DNA of 60,403 nucleotides from a virus (Duplodnaviria; Caudoviricetes). The stretch's first letter is position 1, and every line of letters starts with the position of its first letter. Of the stretch, positions 55,489 through 60,403 are shown one piece after another. Position numbers and translations under genes: made by a program. A model generated the notes under the pieces. It did not search any database. It was not told the origin of the DNA and worked only from the letters and a program-made list of their open reading frames with translations. The stretch is from positions 1 to 60,403 of IMG/VR virus record IMGVR_UViG_3300021335_000018; one strand, 5' to 3'.

Positions 55489-55727
55489 TTTTTTCCTATT
55501 AGTTTTAAATTTAATACAAAGTTTTCTACAAGTAGTTTAACAATAATTGCACGGTTTGTCAAGTCATCATTTTCCATTTCCGCTACGTGCATCGCCATTA
55601 AGTTAAACGCTTCTGCTTCACTTATGTTTAGATCTCCCCAGTCAATAGGATCTACAGTTTCGGTTTCTTGTGCTAATTCTGCTATTAAACGCCAGTCAGT
55701 CCCAGAGGTTTTCATAATACTTTCCAA
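55485..55727 (-). CDS. Hypothetical protein
   Basis: ORF track; start uncertain. Confidence 0.6.
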   Translation of the reverse strand: MESIMKTSGTDWRLIAELAQETETVDPIDWGDLNISEAEAFNLMAMHVAEMENDDLTNRAIIVKLLVENFVLNLKLIGKK

Positions 55728-56130
55728 ATAATCTAAATCCGTTAGAAATACGTTCTTGTTCTTTGTTCATTCCGTCTCGATCTTTTATATCAAAACGCAT
55801 ATACACATCATCTTTGTTTGCTTTGCAATCAAAAGCATAGATCATTTCATCCATCACCCAATCCCAACGTTTGAAATAGTTTTCATCTGTTTCACCATTT
55901 TGTGCGTACAGTTTATTAAACGCTTCTGCATCGGGTGGCCACAACTCTTCAGGCACATCTTTGAACTCTACAGCCGGAGCACCGTGTTTTGTTTCCTTTA
56001 GTTGCTTGAGCATAGGAAGTACAATATGTGCAAGAGTGTAGTCCATACTCCAAGTATCCCAAGGATCAATTTGTACTTCTACTACCTGGTCTTCACCGTC
56101 ATCTGTATAATTTTCAATATTAATCTTCAT
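55696..56130 (-). CDS. Hypothetical phage protein
   Basis: WDTWSMDYTLA...WDWVMDEMI...GFRLFGKYY..LWD. Confidence 0.7.
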   Translation of the reverse strand: MKINIENYTDDGEDQVVEVQIDPWDTWSMDYTLAHIVLPMLKQLKETKHGAPAVEFKDVPEELWPPDAEAFNKLYAQNGETDENYFKRWDWVMDEMIYAFDCKANKDDVYMRFDIKDRDGMNKEQERISNGFRLFGKYYENLWD

Positions 56131-56305
56131 AACTTACTACCTTAACATTCCGCTCTTTGCCTTCGACTTCAAAAGTTCTTGCATAAGTGAGTGCTAATTT
56201 AGCATCCTCAAACAACATAGGTTTTAAATCCCAGCAATGTTCAGTCTGCTCTGTGATATAGATCCAATCGTCTTTACCATCTAAGCATATCATAATTGCA
56301 TACAT
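56120..56305 (-). CDS. Hypothetical protein
   Basis: ORF track. Confidence 0.55.
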   Translation of the reverse strand: MYAIMICLDGKDDWIYITEQTEHCWDLKPMLFEDAKLALTYARTFEVEGKERNVKVVSYED

Positions 56306-56496
56306 TAATAATCTACCTCTTCAAAACTATCTGCAATATATGCCATATTGTATTTAGAAGGATAATGTTTCAACAACCTACTTGCTTCTTCACGCACCGC
56401 TTTAGGCACACGAGGATACTTCTTAGGATCTCGCAAGTCCATTAAGAATCGTTCAACATTTAATACTGCGTTTGTTCTTTCAATTGGTAATGTCAT
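56305..56496 (-). CDS. Small hypothetical phage protein
   Basis: MTLP.ER...PRVP..VR..A..LLKHYP. Confidence 0.65.
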   Translation of the reverse strand: MTLPIERTNAVLNVERFLMDLRDPKKYPRVPKAVREEASRLLKHYPSKYNMAYIADSFEEVDY

Positions 56497-56876
56497 GCTA
56501 GGTCCGTTATCAATTTATAGTTATCCCATGCTTTCTGCTGTGCAGGATTCATTTCGTTGGGTGGCACAAAACACTCTAGCCAATAGTAGGGCATACGCAG
56601 TGGATGTGCGTTTTTAAACTGTCGAGGTTGATGCAACTTGCCTGAGTCATACAACTCTACAAGTAAATCGTGCATAGCCTTTTGTCTATCTTCTAATCCT
56701 GCCCATTCAGGATGACTCAATCCGCCGTACAAATAACCTTCCCAGATTTGACTCCAGTGGCTGTCATTGTGAGGATCTACGTCTGTGCGGGCAACAATTA
56801 CCAGCACGTCTTCAATATCTACACGTTCTTCTAAAATATCTCGCATACAACGACTAAGGCTTAACCCTATTTTCAT
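56493..56876 (-). CDS. Hypothetical phage protein
   Basis: MKIGLSLSRC..D; GKLHQPR; RBS GGAGG. Confidence 0.7.
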   Translation of the reverse strand: MKIGLSLSRCMRDILEERVDIEDVLVIVARTDVDPHNDSHWSQIWEGYLYGGLSHPEWAGLEDRQKAMHDLLVELYDSGKLHQPRQFKNAHPLRMPYYWLECFVPPNEMNPAQQKAWDNYKLITDLA

Positions 56877-56886
56877 ATAACCTCCG

Positions 56887-57108
56887 TTAATGCAAAGTGT
56901 CAGTTAGCGGTTCGCCCAGATCGTCATCTTCTTCAGTTAAGTCTAGGCCAAAATATTTTTCCATAATATAAAGAATGCTTTGCGGTACAAGATCTTCGTC
57001 CTTGCCTTCCGGAATAAACAATCCTTTTAGATTGCCATCATTGCCGATAATAATTGCCCAATCGTCTGCTTCTAATTGTGCTTCTAATGTTTTTGATTGG
57101 TCTTTCAT
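56887..57108 (-). CDS. Small acidic hypothetical protein
   Basis: ORF track. Confidence 0.6.
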   Translation of the reverse strand: MKDQSKTLEAQLEADDWAIIIGNDGNLKGLFIPEGKDEDLVPQSILYIMEKYFGLDLTEEDDDLGEPLTDTLH

Positions 57109-57109
57109 A

Positions 57110-57853
57110 CTACACCTTATACAACTTTACGTAGTTGAGTCTTGTTTCGTTAGCATCAAACAAACGGTTTTTTGTTTGAGCTTTTACTTTGGCTTTGATA
57201 CGTTTCATACTGCCAATTTCTTGATCAAACTTGTTCATATAAGAAACAAGATTGCCGTCTGTAGTAACTGCGGTAAAATTATATGATTCCCACTGCGAGC
57301 TATATCGCTTGTCAAGAATCTTAATGACAGCTTCTACAGAATCTTTTTCTTTGCCTAAATATTGACTGTCGCGATATTCTACACGAATCTCTTTCTTCAG
57401 TCCGCTTTCGTGCTGATCGCGGGTAATAAACTCTGGAGCAAATGCAATACGACCCATACTTTTAACAGGTACTTCTTCTTTGCTAAGTTCATTCACCATA
57501 TCACGTTTGAAATCATCTAAGTCAGCAAGACCAAGCATTACATAACGCTTCATCCACTTGAGTGCTTCTTGCACATTAACGTAATCTTCTTCAGTGGGCT
57601 CAAACATTACAAAATCTGTAGGGAGATATTGTGCATCACGAGTATCATGCTTCTTCTCCCAGTAGAAACGCACAAGACTCTTGTTGTCAAATTGAGTAGG
57701 AGTATCTTCACTAAAGCGTCGAGTGTCTTTAGTATAGGTATTTTTGTTAATGCGATATGCTGCATATGCAACAGCAAGTGCATCAACTAGCGTAACTTTT
57801 TTTAATGGTAACACTTTAGGTTTCATTTGAATCGATTCCATACTAGTTATCAT
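57110..57853 (-). CDS. Hypothetical phage protein (possible C-terminal OB-fold)
   Basis: ORF track; ends IKAKVK...ETRLNYVK. Confidence 0.65.
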   Translation of the reverse strand: MITSMESIQMKPKVLPLKKVTLVDALAVAYAAYRINKNTYTKDTRRFSEDTPTQFDNKSLVRFYWEKKHDTRDAQYLPTDFVMFEPTEEDYVNVQEALKWMKRYVMLGLADLDDFKRDMVNELSKEEVPVKSMGRIAFAPEFITRDQHESGLKKEIRVEYRDSQYLGKEKDSVEAVIKILDKRYSSQWESYNFTAVTTDGNLVSYMNKFDQEIGSMKRIKAKVKAQTKNRLFDANETRLNYVKLYKV

Positions 57854-58304
57854 GCGTCCATTTCCTTTTGCCTAAGTTATTTGCCTCTGCCCATCTTATA
57901 AACAATCCTGCTTCTCTACCTGCTGCTTCTATTTCCCAAGGTTGGTCCCAATAATTAAGATCTTTAATCCACTTGCCTTGCCAGCGCATTTTTGCATTAC
58001 GAGAACCTTCATATAATTCTCCTCTTGCGTATTGTTTAACATGAACCATTTCATGACATACCGTTTCAAGAAGTTTACGTAATGGCAAATCTTTTTGAAT
58101 TTCCAACTCAAAGTTTCTGGGTCTGTCTAGTCTTGCTTCGTCATCATCTGCTAAACAATATCCATAGGCATCACCTTTGATACTTTTTAGATTTACTTTG
58201 ATAGATAAATTATGCATACGAGGCATTAACTTTTGGATACAAAATTCAACAACGCTTTTCACGTATTTTTTCTGATATTGCGATCCGCCAACAACTTCTA
58301 TCAT
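57843..58304 (-). CDS. Zn-metallopeptidase-like protein (HEXXH)
   Basis: TVCHEMVHVKQY...PWEIEA. Confidence 0.75.
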   Translation of the reverse strand: MIEVVGGSQYQKKYVKSVVEFCIQKLMPRMHNLSIKVNLKSIKGDAYGYCLADDDEARLDRPRNFELEIQKDLPLRKLLETVCHEMVHVKQYARGELYEGSRNAKMRWQGKWIKDLNYWDQPWEIEAAGREAGLFIRWAEANNLGKRKWTHDN

Positions 58305-58333
58305 AGTAGCCTCTTTTGCTAATTTATAATAGT

Positions 58334-58362
58334 AGTATACTGCCTATATGAGGGAATGTCAA
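58334..58362 (-). promoter_or_regulatory. Sigma70-type promoter
   Basis: TTGACA-17-TATACT. Confidence 0.8.
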
Positions 58363-58376
58363 CTGTTTTTGGTTAA

Positions 58377-58595
58377 TTATAAACGGAAAATAATACGCCC
58401 TTTTTCTAGGTCGTAAGGACTAACTTCTACTCTAACTTTATCTCCCTGCACCATGCGTATCCTAAACTGTCGCATCTTGCCGCCGGTATATGCAGTTATA
58501 ATATGTCCGTTTTCTAGTTCTACTTTAAACATTTGATTAGGAAGGACATCAATGATTTCCCCTTCAAATTCAATAATGTCGCTGTTTTTTGCCAA
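58377..58595 (-). CDS. infA: Translation initiation factor IF-1
   Basis: 72 aa; IEFEG...[12 protein letters not shown]...GKMR...IR...GDKV.VE.SPYDL.KGRI.FR; TTG start. Confidence 0.93.
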   Translation of the reverse strand: MAKNSDIIEFEGEIIDVLPNQMFKVELENGHIITAYTGGKMRQFRIRMVQGDKVRVEVSPYDLEKGRIIFRL

Positions 58596-58597
58596 TT

Positions 58598-58831
58598 TTA
58601 TTCCTTCTTGCTGTTATACTCTTCTTCAGTAATTTTTTCAATAATTAGAGTACCTTGATCGCCTAGTAGAACACGAATATGATCCCCGGGCTCTAGCCCA
58701 ACTTCTTTCCTTACGGGTTCAGGTATATTCATAATTACATTTTCTGGATCATCTGGAATATCTTCAAAAATATCTTCTACTTTGTAGACCCATGTATTGT
58801 CTGATTTCATGTTACTATTTACTCTTTCCAA
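58598..58831 (-). CDS. AbrB/MazE-like swapped-hairpin protein
   Basis: [19 protein letters not shown]...GTLIIEK. Confidence 0.6.
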   Translation of the reverse strand: MERVNSNMKSDNTWVYKVEDIFEDIPDDPENVIMNIPEPVRKEVGLEPGDHIRVLLGDQGTLIIEKITEEEYNSKKE

Positions 58832-59034
58832 CTAGATTTACTTTCTATTGCATACCGGCAACCGTGGATATAATCTTTGTCCTCTTCGGACAAAACACTC
58901 CAAAATTTAGAAACAGTAGTAATGTGTTCTTCTACTACTTCTGGTCGACTGAGATGGTAATCTGCTTCCATCCAACTCTGCAAAATATCCATGCGCTGTT
59001 TTATTTTTGTTTTTATATTCATTAATTTTGCCAA
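58819..59034 (-). CDS. Hypothetical protein
   Basis: ORF track. Confidence 0.55.
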   Translation of the reverse strand: MAKLMNIKTKIKQRMDILQSWMEADYHLSRPEVVEEHITTVSKFWSVLSEEDKDYIHGCRYAIESKSSWKE

Positions 59035-59744
59035 ACACTGGCATAATATCCTTTGCCGTTTGTGTCTCCGCCACCATTGTCGATTTCTACACCATCATAA
59101 GTAATACTAGTAACAGTGTCTTCTCCATTAAGAAATTCTGTTGTATAAATTTTTAATTTCTTTGGATTAAAATCTCCGATAGTTTCAATCACGCCGTCAA
59201 AGAAACAGCCTTTTTCGCTAGAATAAAGTTGTGCAATATATTCGCATTCTGGTTCTTCACAGCAGTCCATTTCTAAAATTTCTAATTGGTTGTCAGACTC
59301 TTCTAAAATTTGATCGTTTAGATCAGTAATGTCCATACTTGCAATAACTTCACGTAAATGTTTAGCATTGTAGTCGTCACTATCTACTTCATCAATATCA
59401 ATACGTGCTGATCCGTACTCTGCACCGTAAGTATGCTCAAATTCTGTATGAGATTCATACCAAGGACGTTTGTAGTTGTCATCATCTTCGTCATGCAAAA
59501 ACTTTGCCTCGTCTGGAACTGTATCTATGTACTCATATTCAGGTTCCTCATCGCCATCAGATGCCATATAAGAAACAAGATCATTATCGCCATGTTCGTC
59601 AGTTATTCCTTTCCAAAAGTCATGGGCTTCTTTTGATATACTCATGTACGCACTTTCGCCGCCATAACCTTGTACCAAGATACGATAATATCTTTTTCCT
59701 TTAATTTCTTCTACTAGTTCTTGTTTTTCTTCAGACGTTGCCAT
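59022..59744 (-). CDS. Acidic hypothetical phage protein
   Basis: GYGGE...SSEKG.FF...F.PKKL. Confidence 0.7.
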   Translation of the reverse strand: MATSEEKQELVEEIKGKRYYRILVQGYGGESAYMSISKEAHDFWKGITDEHGDNDLVSYMASDGDEEPEYEYIDTVPDEAKFLHDEDDDNYKRPWYESHTEFEHTYGAEYGSARIDIDEVDSDDYNAKHLREVIASMDITDLNDQILEESDNQLEILEMDCCEEPECEYIAQLYSSEKGCFFDGVIETIGDFNPKKLKIYTTEFLNGEDTVTSITYDGVEIDNGGGDTNGKGYYASVWQN

Positions 59745-59746
59745 TT

Positions 59747-60283
59747 TTATATCTCCATATCAGCTGCAACAATGTAGCGCCATTCATTAGTTTCTAAAAT
59801 TCCAGGTCTGTGCCATGTCTTTCCTGGAAATATTAACCAATGTCCTTCTTTTGCAGGACAATACTCTGTTTCACCTTCCGGTGTAGTATGAGCAAGCTCA
59901 GTTCCGCTTGTTTCTAAATTCACATCATTTGGAACACTAGCATAAAACACACCACTTAAGACTAAGTTATTATCTCTAATGTGCTGATGCCAATAAGTAT
60001 CTCTATTTTCTTGAGTGTCTAAATTAGTTTTATAGCCCCAACTTTTAATACTTTTGATTTGCTTCTCTTGATTCATAAATGCAAAACAACTCCAGATAAA
60101 ACTCATTTTAAGATTTATCCAGTTTTCATGAGGTATACCAAAAACGTTAATGTTAGTTTGATATGGGGGGCTATTGTGCCAAAATTTTCCTGATGCTATT
60201 GTGTTATCTATATCACTAACTAATGAACTCCTTGCATTAGCAGTAATAAGCGATGTCCAATCATAATACTCATATTCAATCAT
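59747..60283 (-). CDS. 2OG-Fe(II) oxygenase/cupin-like protein
   Basis: WHQH, LSGVFY, LIFPG..WH, R..VA. Confidence 0.65.
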   Translation of the reverse strand: MIEYEYYDWTSLITANARSSLVSDIDNTIASGKFWHNSPPYQTNINVFGIPHENWINLKMSFIWSCFAFMNQEKQIKSIKSWGYKTNLDTQENRDTYWHQHIRDNNLVLSGVFYASVPNDVNLETSGTELAHTTPEGETEYCPAKEGHWLIFPGKTWHRPGILETNEWRYIVAADMEI

Positions 60284-60289
60284 GTGTAC

Positions 60290-60318
60290 ATTATAGCAAA
60301 CTGAACATCGCTTGTCAA
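60290..60318 (-). promoter_or_regulatory. Sigma70-type promoter giving a leaderless mRNA
   Basis: TTGACA-17-TATAAT, ATG 6 nt downstream. Confidence 0.8.
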
Positions 60319-60325
60319 CCTTTAT

Positions 60326-60403
60326 TTAGGCTGCGGCAATATCTTGTGATGCTTGTGCTTCACGTAGATAGTTTACCATGTTTTCTGGTGTAGTTTCACT
60401 GTA
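60326..60403 (-). CDS. 3' end of a gene entering from the right (possibly peroxiredoxin-like)
   Basis: ...YSETTPENMVNYLREAQASQDIAAA*; too short to assign confidently. Confidence 0.35.
   Translation of the reverse strand, partial: YSETTPENMVNYLREAQASQDIAAA

Noticed and set aside
1-60403. Integrase, transposase, reverse transcriptase/DGR or rRNA
   Set aside because: No recognisable motifs in the window.

Overview
An AT-rich, almost entirely minus-strand segment of a large T4-like ('jumbo/huge') tailed dsDNA phage genome. An alphaproteobacterial host is inferred from the style of its FdxA- and YccA-like genes. Left to right: a HAD/phosphomannomutase-like gene, a cytidylyltransferase and a family-B DNA polymerase; an ~11 kb block of probable internal head proteins sharing a T4 capsid-targeting-like N-terminus; ClpA and DnaJ; a lysis cassette (holin-like, spanins, GH19 endolysin); PhoH, dCMP deaminase, ThyX, ferredoxin, clamp loader, exonuclease, YccA, MazG-like, GroES and a DnaE fragment; baseplate/tail genes (one split by a frameshift); IscA-like, UvsE, a glycosyltransferase, QueD and DNA ligase; eight tRNA genes; ClpP, IF-1 and many small hypotheticals. 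Both sigma70-type promoters and T4-late-like TAAATA boxes are visible. The most notable observation is a complete ribosome-dependent transcription attenuator at 51981-52165 (promoter, 19-aa leader peptide with an ATA-TGT-ATA-ATA-TGT-TGG run, alternative antiterminator, intrinsic terminator). It sits directly in front of tRNA-Trp, tRNA-Cys, tRNA(CAU) and an unusual long-armed tRNA-Ile(UAU), i.e. the tRNAs that read those codons. All functional calls come from reading motifs by eye; no database search was run.
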